Shown: one piece after another, positions 18,513 to 28,332 of the stretch
Numbering within the stretch: position 1 is the first letter of the stretch
Layout of the letters: every line of letters begins with the position of its first letter
NCBI GenBank assembly: GCA_040767085.1
Contig: JAXGPF010000008.1
Location: 214,482-278,481, forward strand
DNA length: 64,000 nucleotides
Source: Kiritimatiellia bacterium
GTDB lineage: Bacteria; Verrucomicrobiota; Kiritimatiellia; JAAZAB01
Direction: 5' to 3'
Notes under the pieces: generated by a model
Seen by the model: the letters and a program-made list of their open reading frames with translations, nothing else
What the model was told of the DNA's origin: nothing
The model's database searches: none
Program-made: the position numbers and the translations under genes

Positions 18513-19676
18513 ATGGAAAATTTCACCTATTATAATCCGGTGCGCATGCTCTTCGGGCGCGGCACGATTCGGGAGTTGCCGCGCCTCATTCCTCCGTCGG
18601 CGCGGGTGCTGCTGGTATATGGCGGCGGCTCCATCAAGCGCAACGGGGTCTACCGGCAGGTGCAGGCGGCGCTGGCGGGGTGCCGGCTGGAGGAGTTCGG
18701 CGGCATCGAGCCCAACCCGCGCTATGAAACCTGCCTGCAGGCGGTGGCGCGCGCCCGGGCCGCGAAAATCGATTTCCTGCTGGCGGCCGGCGGTGGGTCG
18801 GTGCTGGATGCCGTGAAATTCGTGGCGGCGGCTTTGCTGTATCCGGCAGGCGATCCCTGGGATTTTCTGATGGGCCGCGCCGCGCCGCGCGCCGCTGTGC
18901 CCCTGGGGTGCGTGCTGACGCTGCCGGCCACCGGCTCGGAAATGAACAACGGCGCGGTGATTTCACGCCTGTGCGGCGGGCGGATGGAAAAGTTGTTTTT
19001 TGCGAGCGACTGCGTCTTCCCCGTTTTTTCCGTGCTGGACCCGGAAACCACCTTTTCGCTCCCGCCGCGGCAGACGGCCAACGGGATCGTGGATGCCTTT
19101 GTCCATGTGATGGAGCAGTATCTGACCTGTCCCGCCGCGGCGCCTTTGCAGGACCGCCAGGCCGAGGCCTTGCTGGCGACCCTGATGGAGGAAGCGCCCA
19201 AGGTCATGCGCCAGCCGGAGGATTATGCCGCGCGGGCGAACATCATGTGGTGCGCCGCGCAAGCCCTGAACGGCCTGATCGGCTGCGGGGTGCGCCAGGA
19301 TTGGACCGCGCATGCCATTGGGCATGAATTGACCGCGTTATACGGGCTGGATCACGCGCGCACGCTGGCGCTGATCTGGCCCTGTGTCCTGCGTCATCAA
19401 TTGCGGCGCAAGCGCGCCAAGCTGTTGCAATACGCCGAGCGGGTGCTGGGCTTGCGCGACGGCGGCGCGGATGAGCGCATGTGCCGGGCCATCAGCCAGA
19501 CGGTGGCTTTTTTCCGGTCGCTCGGTATGGGCACCACCCTGGCCGAATGCGGGGTGCCCGCAACGGCTCCCGCGGCGGTGGCGGAGCGGCTGGCGGCGCG
19601 CCAGGTCCAACTGGGCGAACACGGCGACCTGGACGCCGCGGCGGCCGCGGAGATTGTGGCGTTAGCCGGCGTTTGA
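18513..19676 (+). CDS. Iron-containing alcohol dehydrogenase (YqhD/butanol dehydrogenase-like)
   Basis: GGIEPNP, GGGSVLD, ATGSEMN, HAIGHELTALYGLDH. Confidence 0.92.
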   Translation: MENFTYYNPVRMLFGRGTIRELPRLIPPSARVLLVYGGGSIKRNGVYRQVQAALAGCRLEEFGGIEPNPRYETCLQAVARARAAKIDFLLAAGGGSVLDAVKFVAAALLYPAGDPWDFLMGRAAPRAAVPLGCVLTLPATGSEMNNGAVISRLCGGRMEKLFFASDCVFPVFSVLDPETTFSLPPRQTANGIVDAFVHVMEQYLTCPAAAPLQDRQAEALLATLMEEAPKVMRQPEDYAARANIMWCAAQALNGLIGCGVRQDWTAHAIGHELTALYGLDHARTLALIWPCVLRHQLRRKRAKLLQYAERVLGLRDGGADERMCRAISQTVAFFRSLGMGTTLAECGVPATAPAAVAERLAARQVQLGEHGDLDAAAAAEIVALAGV

Positions 19677-19688
19677 CGGGTAGCCGGG

Positions 19689-21110
19689 TCAGCGGCGGAT
19701 CGTGATAAAGTAAACCAGCAAAATCAGGCCGACGGCATAAAGCACCCGGGATGATTCCCGCCGCCGGCCGCTCAGCAACTTGATGGCGGGGTAGGCGATA
19801 AAGCCCAGCGCCAGGCCGTCGGCGATGGAATAACAGAGCGGAATGCCGAGCATGATCAGGCAGGCCGGCGCGTATTCGCTGTAATCCTCCCAGGCGATCC
19901 GCCGGATATTCTGCATCATCATGCAGCCCACGATCACCAGCGCCGGCGCGGTGATCGGCGGCAGGCTGCCGATCATGGCAATGACCGGCGCCAGAAAAGG
20001 CGCCAGCAGGAACAAGCCCGCCACCGTCAGGCTGGTCAACCCGGTCCGTCCGCCATGTTCCACCCCGGCGGCGCTTTCCACGAAACTGGTCACCGTGCTC
20101 ATGCCGCAGCAGGTGCCGGTGACGGTGCCGATGGCATCCGCCATGAAGGCCCGCCCGGCGCGCGGCAGCCGGTTGTCCCGGATGAAGCCCGCCCGCTCGC
20201 CGACGCCGATCAGCGTGCCCATGGTGTCAAAAACATCCATGAACAGAAAGATGACGATGATCGGCAGCATGGCGGAGGTCAACGCGCCCCGCAGGTCCAT
20301 TTGCAGCCAGACCGGCGCCATGGACGGCGGGGTGGAAAACAGCTGGCGCGCCGGCTGAAACCGTTGCAGGAGGAGCGAGTCGCGCACCGCCGGCGCCTGG
20401 GCCAGGCTCTCGGGCAGGTGCGGCAGCAGGCAGCGCAGCGCCAGCGCCAGCGCGGCGGCGGCGGCGATGCCCCAGAGGATGGCGCCCCTGGTCCCGCGCG
20501 CAAACAGGACGCTGGTGACGATGAAGCCGCAGAAAAAAACCAGCAGGTCCGGTGACGCAAAATTCGGATTGAGCTTCACCAGGGTGCCGGGATCCGGCAG
20601 GATCAGCCCGGCATTGCGCAGTCCGATGAAGGCGATGAAAAAACCGATGCCCGCCGCAATGCCGCTTTTCAAACTGGGACTTACGGCGTTCAACAGCAAT
20701 TCCCGGGCGCCGGCCAGGGAAATGAGCATGAAAATGATTCCGGAAATAAAAACCGCGCCCAGCGCCGTCTGCCAGGGGACCGCGCTGCCGGCGGCGGCCG
20801 CCGCGGGGATGGCGGTGCAGACGAAAAAGAAATTCTCGCCCATGCCCGGGGCCAGGGCGATAGGGTAGCGGGCGTAAAGGCCCATGATGGCGGTGGCCAG
20901 GGCGGACGTCAGGCAGGTGGCGGTGGTCAGCGCGCCGAAATCCATCCCTGTGTTCTGGCCGAACATCGCGCCCGACAGCACGGCCGGCTGGACAAAGATG
21001 ATGTACGCCATCGTCAGGAACGTGGTCAGCCCGGCCGCCAGTTCCGTGCGGATGGTGGTGCGGTTTTCCGATAAACGGAAGTGCTGCTCGCAAAAGCTTC
21101 GCAATGGCAT
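19689..21110 (-). CDS. NCS2/AzgA-family purine permease
   Basis: ELAAGLTTFLTMAYII, PIALAPGMGEN, VESAAGV..GGRTGLT. Confidence 0.92.
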   Translation of the reverse strand: MPLRSFCEQHFRLSENRTTIRTELAAGLTTFLTMAYIIFVQPAVLSGAMFGQNTGMDFGALTTATCLTSALATAIMGLYARYPIALAPGMGENFFFVCTAIPAAAAAGSAVPWQTALGAVFISGIIFMLISLAGARELLLNAVSPSLKSGIAAGIGFFIAFIGLRNAGLILPDPGTLVKLNPNFASPDLLVFFCGFIVTSVLFARGTRGAILWGIAAAAALALALRCLLPHLPESLAQAPAVRDSLLLQRFQPARQLFSTPPSMAPVWLQMDLRGALTSAMLPIIVIFLFMDVFDTMGTLIGVGERAGFIRDNRLPRAGRAFMADAIGTVTGTCCGMSTVTSFVESAAGVEHGGRTGLTSLTVAGLFLLAPFLAPVIAMIGSLPPITAPALVIVGCMMMQNIRRIAWEDYSEYAPACLIMLGIPLCYSIADGLALGFIAYPAIKLLSGRRRESSRVLYAVGLILLVYFITIRR

Positions 21111-21152
21111 GCTTGGATATTTCAGCATGCGGCGGAGGGAGTCAAGCAAAAT

Positions 21153-22628
21153 TTAGCCGGCCCAGGCCGCCTGCAAGTCATGCAAAAACGCCTCCACCAG
21201 CGGCTGGCCGCCGGTGGAACCGACGCTGTTGCAGTAGCAGTTCGCGCTGTAGCTTTCGCCCTGCTCGGCGCGGGCGGTTGGCAGATAGTTGCCGTCCCAA
21301 CCCGGGCAGGCATCGGACAATTGCACCAGGAAGGTCTGGATGGCCGGACTGCGGGCCTTGATGCGGATGCCGTAATCCAGAAACAATTCGAAGGGCATGG
21401 CGGCAAAGGCGATGTCGCCCAGCCGGACGGTATGTATGCGGGTGCCGAAGGTGGGATTATTCTTCTGGGCTACGTAACGGCGCAGCGCCAGGCGGCAGCG
21501 CGCCAGCTCGGTCGCCCGCACCGAATCGGCGCGCAGCCGCTTGTTCGGATCCGGGTCGGCGGAGGCCGGCTGTTTTTCCAGTTCGGCGATGCCCTTGCGG
21601 AACAAGTCCGCTTCGGCGTCGGTGAGCATCCGCCGCGGCAATTGCGCCAGCCGGCTGGAATGTTTCAGGACCAGGCGGTCATGCCGGTCCTTTTGCGCCA
21701 GCGGCAGCACTTCCACCACGGCCTGGCTGATGCGCCGGGCGATTTCGGCGCGGCTGTCGATGCCGCGGAGGTCCAGCATGCGTTTTTCCGCGGCCTTATA
21801 CCAGAGCGGATGCGGCGATTGGTCGCCGGCGGCGGAGCATTGCGGGAGGATGAAGACTTTTTCCCCCAGTTGTTGGCGGATGGCGCCGCGGGTGTCATGC
21901 CAGAAATCGGCGGAAATGACGGAAAGCCCTTCGGTTTCCTGGGATGGGCAGGCCAGGTTGACGATGATGCCGGTGAGTTCATTCCGTTCATCCCAGGTGT
22001 AAAGCAGGTCCACGGAATGATCCTCGTAACCCTCGATGTGGCTGAACATGGGGTCATCCGTCCGGCCGTACATGGCGGCGTGGCGGGTGGTGCAATGGCC
22101 GTGATGATGTTTGTAACCGGGACGCTGCGAGAGGTCGTCGAAATAAACCACCCGGCGATTCCGGCCGACCACGGCGTGCCCCAGCGCCCAGGCCGCCTGG
22201 CCCGGCGCGCGGCTGCGCCAGGCTTTGACGATGGCCTGCGCCACACGCTCGACCAGAAAATTCGCGTAAGCCTTGCCGGTCATGACCCCGGGCGGCACGG
22301 GCGGATACATGCCGTCCTCCAGCATCGGCGCGGTATGGGTATGGGTGGCATTGATGATGATGCCCATGGGATCGAGTTCGGGAATCTGCCCTTTGACGAC
22401 GGCGCGGATGCCGTCAATCACGGGCGCCGGGAAAAAGCCGCCATCCACCGAAAGGAAGACCACCGCGGCTCCGCCGCATTCCAGGGCCAGCGCCGTGGCC
22501 GTGAGGGGATCCTTGACGCCTTGAGAAATCCGCATGTGGAACTGGCCTTGCAGGTTGACCGGCCGGCTGGGGGTGACGTCCGCCGCCGCCCACCCGATTT
22601 GCATGACAGCAGAAGTTTGTGCGCTCAT
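21153..22628 (-). CDS. Neutral/alkaline ceramidase-like metallohydrolase (paralog 1)
   Basis: IGWAAADVTP, DPLTATALAL, INATHTHTAP, NLACPSQE, AGDQSP, YLPT. Confidence 0.7.
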   Translation of the reverse strand: MSAQTSAVMQIGWAAADVTPSRPVNLQGQFHMRISQGVKDPLTATALALECGGAAVVFLSVDGGFFPAPVIDGIRAVVKGQIPELDPMGIIINATHTHTAPMLEDGMYPPVPPGVMTGKAYANFLVERVAQAIVKAWRSRAPGQAAWALGHAVVGRNRRVVYFDDLSQRPGYKHHHGHCTTRHAAMYGRTDDPMFSHIEGYEDHSVDLLYTWDERNELTGIIVNLACPSQETEGLSVISADFWHDTRGAIRQQLGEKVFILPQCSAAGDQSPHPLWYKAAEKRMLDLRGIDSRAEIARRISQAVVEVLPLAQKDRHDRLVLKHSSRLAQLPRRMLTDAEADLFRKGIAELEKQPASADPDPNKRLRADSVRATELARCRLALRRYVAQKNNPTFGTRIHTVRLGDIAFAAMPFELFLDYGIRIKARSPAIQTFLVQLSDACPGWDGNYLPTARAEQGESYSANCYCNSVGSTGGQPLVEAFLHDLQAAWAG

Positions 22629-22644
22629 AGTTGCCTCCGCCTGG

Positions 22645-23481
22645 TCAGCCAGTTTGCCGCATGAGGTTCTGGAGATACTTTGCGGCGCGGCGAGTGGCTT
22701 CATCGGCCGGGTACTTGCTGTTTTCATACTCGATGTTGATGTAGCCCTGGTAGCCGGCGGCTTGCATGGCGGCCAGGCAACTCTGGTGGTCAATCATGCC
22801 TTCTCCGATCAGCGCCGACGCGTAGCGGCGGCCGTCCAGCGCTTCGCGGCCCTGTCCCGGCGGCATCCGGTCCCAATCCTTAAAATGCGCATGCGCGACA
22901 TGGTCGGCGCAGCGGGTAAACGAGACCGCCGGGTCTTCCCCGCCGAGCGCGATGTTGCCGTTGTCGTAGGTAAGTTTCAAGCCCGGCACTTCCCGGACGG
23001 CTTCGAGGACATCGCTGGAGATGACGAAGGGGCTGTTGCTGCCGGGAAAGTTTTCAATGGTCATGGTCACGCCGGCCTGGCGGGCGAACCCGGCGCATTC
23101 CTGCAGGCCGCGGATGTAATTCCGGCGGCTGATGTCGCGCGGCACGCCGGGTTTGCCGGGCGTGACCAGCATGACCTTGTCCGCGCCCAGCGTAACGGCG
23201 GTTTCGATGGTGGTGTGCACGGCATCCACCGCGGCGCAGCGCTCCGCGAAACTGTCTTGATTCAGGCCCGCGGCGCTGCGGGTGTAGCACACGGTTTTCA
23301 AGCCGTGGTCATCCATGGCCTGGCGGACTTCCTTGGGCGCGATGCCGTATGTGGTCACCCAGTCAATGCCGTCCGTGCCGATTTCCGCCGCCAGGCGGAA
23401 GATTTTTTTAAAGTCTTCCTGTTTATTGTCTTTAAACCAGCCGGCGCGGCCAAGGGTGTAGGACATGACGGATAGTTTCAC
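22645..23481 (-). CDS. Sugar phosphate isomerase/epimerase (AP_endonuc_2 TIM barrel)
   Basis: TIENF, YDNGN, HAHFKD, GYQGYINIEYE. Confidence 0.85.
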   Translation of the reverse strand: MKLSVMSYTLGRAGWFKDNKQEDFKKIFRLAAEIGTDGIDWVTTYGIAPKEVRQAMDDHGLKTVCYTRSAAGLNQDSFAERCAAVDAVHTTIETAVTLGADKVMLVTPGKPGVPRDISRRNYIRGLQECAGFARQAGVTMTIENFPGSNSPFVISSDVLEAVREVPGLKLTYDNGNIALGGEDPAVSFTRCADHVAHAHFKDWDRMPPGQGREALDGRRYASALIGEGMIDHQSCLAAMQAAGYQGYINIEYENSKYPADEATRRAAKYLQNLMRQTG

Positions 23482-23514
23482 GGGTGGCTCTCCTTGTTTT
23501 ACTGATGGCCCGAC

Positions 23515-24309
23515 TCACATAATTTTACGGCAGTATACCAAATTCCGGCGGGCGCTGTCCAGCGGATTGGCGCGCAGGCGGTGTTGTTCGAGGGTCAGCC
23601 ACCGGACCCCGGTGGCGGCGGCCGTCCGGTAGATGGCCGGTAAATCCATGCAGCCGGCGCCCAGCTCGGTGGAAAAATTCATGCCGTTGTCGGCCGGCGG
23701 CGGGCTGGAATGCCCGGCCGGATCCAGATCGTTGAAATGAATCTGCGGGATGCGCCCCTGGTAACGCCGCAGGTAAGCGCCGGGATCGAAACCGGAATAA
23801 AAAGCGAAAAATGTATCAAACAGGAATGGCAGGCCGGCGCCGGCGGTTTCCTCGAACAGGGCATCCAGGATGACCCGCCCATCCGGGAGTTTCTGGAACT
23901 CATTGGCATGGTTGTGATAGGTCAGGTTAAAGCCCTGGCCGGCTGCGGTCTGCCGCATGTCGCGCAGTTGCCCCAGCGGTTCCTTGAAATTGTCGGGCGC
24001 AAACCCCAGGCTGACCGCCAGGTATTCCGGTTTTAACGCGCGGGCGTAAGCGTAAACGGGGCTCCCGGCATCCAGCAATCCGGGCGCATTGGCAAACATC
24101 CCGGAGACGCGCAATCCCGCTTGGCGCAGGAACTCCGCCAGTTGTTCCGGGGGCAGGCCGCCGTATGCGCCGGACCATTCGATGTTGTCAAAGCCGAGGT
24201 CCGCCAGCGCCAGCAGGGTTTCTCTGAATTTTTCCTGCATCAGGGAACGCACGCTGTAGATCTGGATGGCCAGTTTCAGCTTCCCTGGAGCGGAAAATTT
24301 TGTCGTCAT
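23515..24309 (-). CDS. Sugar phosphate isomerase/epimerase (AP_endonuc_2 TIM barrel)
   Basis: IQIYSVR, YHNHANEF, DTFF, QIHFND, ELGAG, LEQ. Confidence 0.85.
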   Translation of the reverse strand: MTTKFSAPGKLKLAIQIYSVRSLMQEKFRETLLALADLGFDNIEWSGAYGGLPPEQLAEFLRQAGLRVSGMFANAPGLLDAGSPVYAYARALKPEYLAVSLGFAPDNFKEPLGQLRDMRQTAAGQGFNLTYHNHANEFQKLPDGRVILDALFEETAGAGLPFLFDTFFAFYSGFDPGAYLRRYQGRIPQIHFNDLDPAGHSSPPPADNGMNFSTELGAGCMDLPAIYRTAAATGVRWLTLEQHRLRANPLDSARRNLVYCRKIM

Positions 24310-24379
24310 GGCTTGATTTCTGCCCGCTGCCCAACGGCCCGGCCGCTGGGTGTATCCGCGGCCGGGAGAGTTATGAGAG

Positions 24380-25897
24380 TTATGCCCACATTTGTTTGAT
24401 GGCGTTGATGGTCCAGTTAACCAGTTCCCGGCCGCCTTCCGGGCCCACCGGCGTGCTGGCGGGGACGGCGCCGTAACTCTTGCCGGCCACCGCGCGGTCG
24501 GACGGCAAATAGGTTCCCGCGCCGACATGCTGCACCAGCAATGTCTGAATCGCCGCGCTGCGCGCCTTGATCTGCATGCCGAAATCCACGTAATATTCGA
24601 AAGGATTGGTGGCCAGCGCGACGCCGCCCAAGCGCAACACATGTACTTGAATTGGCAGGCGGGGCTGTGTTTGCTGGATGGCATAGCGCTTGGCCACGCC
24701 TTCGTACCACTTCACCCGGCGGTAGGCGGCCGTGATGCTGACATACCAGCGCGGCGCCTGTTTCTTTTCCGGATGCGCCTCCAGGTCGGCGCGCAGTTCC
24801 TCGTAATACGCCCGCTTTTCTTTTGCCGCCGCCAGCGCCTCGTCCACATCCGCCTGGGTCAGGTTGCGGCGTGACAGTTCCACGGTTTCCGCCCGATGGA
24901 GGAATACCGGGGCCATGTCAATATCCCGGTGCACCGCCGGGAGGATCGCGCCGATGGCATCGGCGATCCGCAAAGCGATTTCCTGGCGCAGGGCGCCGGG
25001 CGCGCCCAGGTTGCTGTCCAGTTTTTCCGGCAGCCGCTCCGTCAAACCCTTCAAATGGAGCATGCGCGCTTCGGCGGCCTGGTTGATCAACACGTGCGGC
25101 GATTGATCGCCCGAGGCGCTATTTTGCGGCAGGATGAACAGGTTGGCGCCGAACCGCCGGCGCAGTTCCATGCGGGTGTCATGCCAGTAATCCGCGCTGA
25201 GCAGGTAGGAATTTTCGCTGACCTGCGAAGGGCAGGCCAGGTTGACAATCATGCCGGTAAGCTTTTTGCCGGCATCATAGGTGCACAGCAGGTTGACCGC
25301 ATGATCCTCGTAGCCTTCGATATGGCTGAATTCCGGGTCGTTGGTCTTGCCGTACATCCGGGTTTCGCCGGTATAATATGCAATGCGGCGGTTGCGGCCG
25401 ACCACGGCCTGTCCCAGGCCGAATCCGATGCCGCCGGGCGCGCGGGCCTCCCAGGCCGCCGCCGCGGCTTCCGCTATGCGCTGTGCCGCAAAATCAACAT
25501 ATTCCGCCGGATCCATCACATCCAGTTCCACCCTCACGCGCGCCGGCACATTGCCGCCGCCGAATTTGGACTGGGCATCCATCCGCACCTCGGGCGCGGC
25601 GTGGGTATGCGTGGCGTTCAGAAAGACGGTTAAAGGATCAAGCTCCGGCAAGCGCCGCTGGATTTGCGCGCGGACGGCGTCCAGCAGGTTGTCCGGGATG
25701 GCGACCAGGTCGCAACTGACCATGATGGCGCGCTGGGCGTTCCTGTTGGACTCGAGTGCCAGCGCGGTGGCGGTGATCGGATCCATGACGCCCTCGGAGA
25801 CCCGGGCATGAAACTGGCCGGTGACCAGCACCGGCCGGTTGGGCGTGAGATCGGCCGAACTCCAGCCGATTTTGAAAGATGCCGCTGAATTTTCCAT
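24380..25897 (-). CDS. Neutral/alkaline ceramidase-like metallohydrolase (paralog 2)
   Basis: IGWSSADLTP, DPITATALAL, LNATHTHAAP, NLACPSQ, SGDQSP; clear paralog of 21153-22628. Confidence 0.7.
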   Translation of the reverse strand: MENSAASFKIGWSSADLTPNRPVLVTGQFHARVSEGVMDPITATALALESNRNAQRAIMVSCDLVAIPDNLLDAVRAQIQRRLPELDPLTVFLNATHTHAAPEVRMDAQSKFGGGNVPARVRVELDVMDPAEYVDFAAQRIAEAAAAAWEARAPGGIGFGLGQAVVGRNRRIAYYTGETRMYGKTNDPEFSHIEGYEDHAVNLLCTYDAGKKLTGMIVNLACPSQVSENSYLLSADYWHDTRMELRRRFGANLFILPQNSASGDQSPHVLINQAAEARMLHLKGLTERLPEKLDSNLGAPGALRQEIALRIADAIGAILPAVHRDIDMAPVFLHRAETVELSRRNLTQADVDEALAAAKEKRAYYEELRADLEAHPEKKQAPRWYVSITAAYRRVKWYEGVAKRYAIQQTQPRLPIQVHVLRLGGVALATNPFEYYVDFGMQIKARSAAIQTLLVQHVGAGTYLPSDRAVAGKSYGAVPASTPVGPEGGRELVNWTINAIKQMWA

Positions 25898-25967
25898 AGG
25901 TTATCCTTTGACCAGGCCAATGCCCGGCGGCGGGGTAATGACAATTTCCGCGAACCCGGCTTGCATG

Positions 25968-27266
25968 TTATTTCTTCTTCGGCGCGCAGATCTTTTCCAC
26001 ATCCAGTTTGTCAAGGTTGTGGAACACTTTCTGGAAGGCCCGGGCGGTGGCGCGCACCGCACTCTTGCCGTTGGGCGCGCGCAGGGGATAGGTCATGCCG
26101 AAATGCGTGTCCGTGTGCAGTTGGGCCACGGGATAGGCCTTGGGATCGTATTTGACCGGTTTGGTTAAGGGACAATGCCAGGGACATCCATGGCCGTAGG
26201 CGTTCTGCGCCTGGAAGACGGTCATGGCCGGCAGGATGAAATTCTGCCAGACACCTATACGGGCGCCTTCGGCCTTCAGGGCCGCCATCACGGCGTTGCG
26301 GAACATTTTCCGGTCGCCCTTCCAGCCGGCCGCGCGCATGTCGATCCGGCTGGTGAAATTGTACCAGTTATGCGTGTAGCCCCTGGGCTCGGTCGGCAGG
26401 ATCAAGGCCGGCGTGTCCTTCAGCAAATCCAGCAGTAGCGCCGCGTTTTCGCGCTGGATTTTGAAATAGCGGTCCATCTTGGTCAACTGGGCGCGGCCGA
26501 AGGCGGCGGTCAGATCGTTGCCGCGATACATCCAGCCCAGGGCGTAGGCATGGTAATCGCGGGATTCCAGGGGCGTGCGCGTCTCTCCGAACGACCAGAG
26601 CGTTCTGGCCTTGTTGTAGATTTCCTCGTCGTCGGTGACGAACATGCCGCCTTCGCCGGCGCACAAGCACTTGTTCTGGTTGAAACTGAAGGCCGCGCAA
26701 TGGCCGAGCGTGCCGGCTTTGCGTCCCTTGAAGAGCGCCCCATGGGCCTGGCAGGCATCCTCGATCACGAACAATTTGTGCTTGCGGGCGATTTTCATGA
26801 CGGCATCCATGTTAACGGTCAGGCCGTGCAGATGCACAACGACGATCGCCCGGGTCTTCTTCGTGATGGCCGCTTCGATTTTTTTGACGTCAATATTGAT
26901 GGTGTCAAAGTCAATGTCCACAAAGACCGGAATGCAGTTGTTGTGCAGGACGCAGGTGGCGCTGGAACTCCAGGAATAAGCCGGCACCAGCACGTGATCG
27001 CCGGCGTTCAGGCCGCATCCCACCAGGCCCATGTGCAGGGCGGCCGTGCCGGCGTTGGTGTAAATTGCGAACTTGTTTCCGTTCCAGGCCGCGAATTCCT
27101 CCGTGAAGGCCTTGGCATTCGGCCCGAAAGCATGGGCGTCGCCCTCGAGCGACGCCAGCACCAGCTTGCGGTCAATCGCGTCGATCGGCGGCCAGCCCTT
27201 GAGCAGTCCCTCCGGAATTGCCGGTTTGCCGCCATTGATTGCCAGTATATCGGTCTTTTTGCTCAT
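25968..27266 (-). CDS. DegT/DnrJ/EryC1/StrS-family PLP aminotransferase
   Basis: GTAALH, IEDACQAHGA, SFNQNK..AGEGG (PLP lysine). Confidence 0.92.
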   Translation of the reverse strand: MSKKTDILAINGGKPAIPEGLLKGWPPIDAIDRKLVLASLEGDAHAFGPNAKAFTEEFAAWNGNKFAIYTNAGTAALHMGLVGCGLNAGDHVLVPAYSWSSSATCVLHNNCIPVFVDIDFDTINIDVKKIEAAITKKTRAIVVVHLHGLTVNMDAVMKIARKHKLFVIEDACQAHGALFKGRKAGTLGHCAAFSFNQNKCLCAGEGGMFVTDDEEIYNKARTLWSFGETRTPLESRDYHAYALGWMYRGNDLTAAFGRAQLTKMDRYFKIQRENAALLLDLLKDTPALILPTEPRGYTHNWYNFTSRIDMRAAGWKGDRKMFRNAVMAALKAEGARIGVWQNFILPAMTVFQAQNAYGHGCPWHCPLTKPVKYDPKAYPVAQLHTDTHFGMTYPLRAPNGKSAVRATARAFQKVFHNLDKLDVEKICAPKKK

Positions 27267-27301
27267 CCTTTGTGTTCCTTGTGTTCTATTGTGGTGAATT
27301 A

Positions 27302-28126
27302 TCATTGATATCCCAGTTTCCGCATGTAAGCCATGTTGGCCGCCGCGCTGGCCTGGTTGGATATCGGCGCCTTGTCCAGTTCGATTGTCAGGTATCCGTC
27401 ATACCCGACATCCTCCAGGACTTTTAAAAATCCCGGGAGGTTGACCTCGCCCTGGCCCAGTTCCAGGAACGAACTGAAGACTTCAAAACCGCGGCTGTTG
27501 CCGAAGTCGCCCTCGATTTTCTGCTCCTTGCGCACGTCCTTGATATGCGTAAAGCCGACGCGCCGGGCATAACGTTTGGTGACGGCCACCGGATCGCATT
27601 TGCCTTTGGTCATGTGCGCGGTGTCCGGGCCCAAGCCGATTTCCGCCGGATCGGTGTTCTGCATGATGAAATCAATTTCTTTTTCAAACATCACCATGGT
27701 ATTGGCATGCGGATGAATGCAGGGCAGAATCCCGTAAGGTTTGGTGATCTTGCCGATGGCCTGCAGGGTTTCCAGCACCTGGCGCAATTCTTCCGGCGTG
27801 GCGCCGCCGCCTTTTTTGCCCGTCGCCTGGACGTTCATGCGCTTGATATTGTTCGCGGCCAGGAAATCCAGCGATTTTTCGATCGTGGCCACATCGTTCT
27901 GGCGGTCGCCCCGGATCCAGAAATAAAAACTCACTGGAAATACCTGGTGCTCATTGACGATATCCTGAAATTCCTTGAGGCTGTCGCGGAAGAGATTAAC
28001 TGCCGTGGCCACACTCTCGAAATATTTGCAACCGATGGACTGCATGTCCTTCAAGGCGGCGATCATCTGCGATTTTTCCTTCAGGCCCCAGGGCCAGACG
28101 GCATAGGCAAGCTTGGCTTTCGACAT
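27302..28126 (-). CDS. IolE/MocC-like TIM-barrel protein (inosose dehydratase-like)
   Basis: HPHANT..EKEID, PDTAH, HIKDV, ELGQGEV, GYDGYLTIELD. Confidence 0.75.
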   Translation of the reverse strand: MSKAKLAYAVWPWGLKEKSQMIAALKDMQSIGCKYFESVATAVNLFRDSLKEFQDIVNEHQVFPVSFYFWIRGDRQNDVATIEKSLDFLAANNIKRMNVQATGKKGGGATPEELRQVLETLQAIGKITKPYGILPCIHPHANTMVMFEKEIDFIMQNTDPAEIGLGPDTAHMTKGKCDPVAVTKRYARRVGFTHIKDVRKEQKIEGDFGNSRGFEVFSSFLELGQGEVNLPGFLKVLEDVGYDGYLTIELDKAPISNQASAAANMAYMRKLGYQ

Positions 28127-28332
28127 GGTTTGGTCTCCTTTTTGTGTTTGTTATTCCGCAAATTCTCAAGTGATTTTAATTAAGAAACATTTGCCGCCGT
28201 GAACGACGGGCTTGGCCGTCAGCGCTCTTTCGTCCTTTCCCGGCATTGTGCGGCGGCGCAGGCGGAAATGCAAGAGTAGGAATTTGCTATTAAGGGTAAA
28301 TTCTTGCGCTGGCCGCCGGGCGCCGGGAATGT

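Noticed and set aside
21081..22664. 527-aa plus-strand ORF
   Set aside because: Antisense to a ceramidase-like gene with a clear paralog
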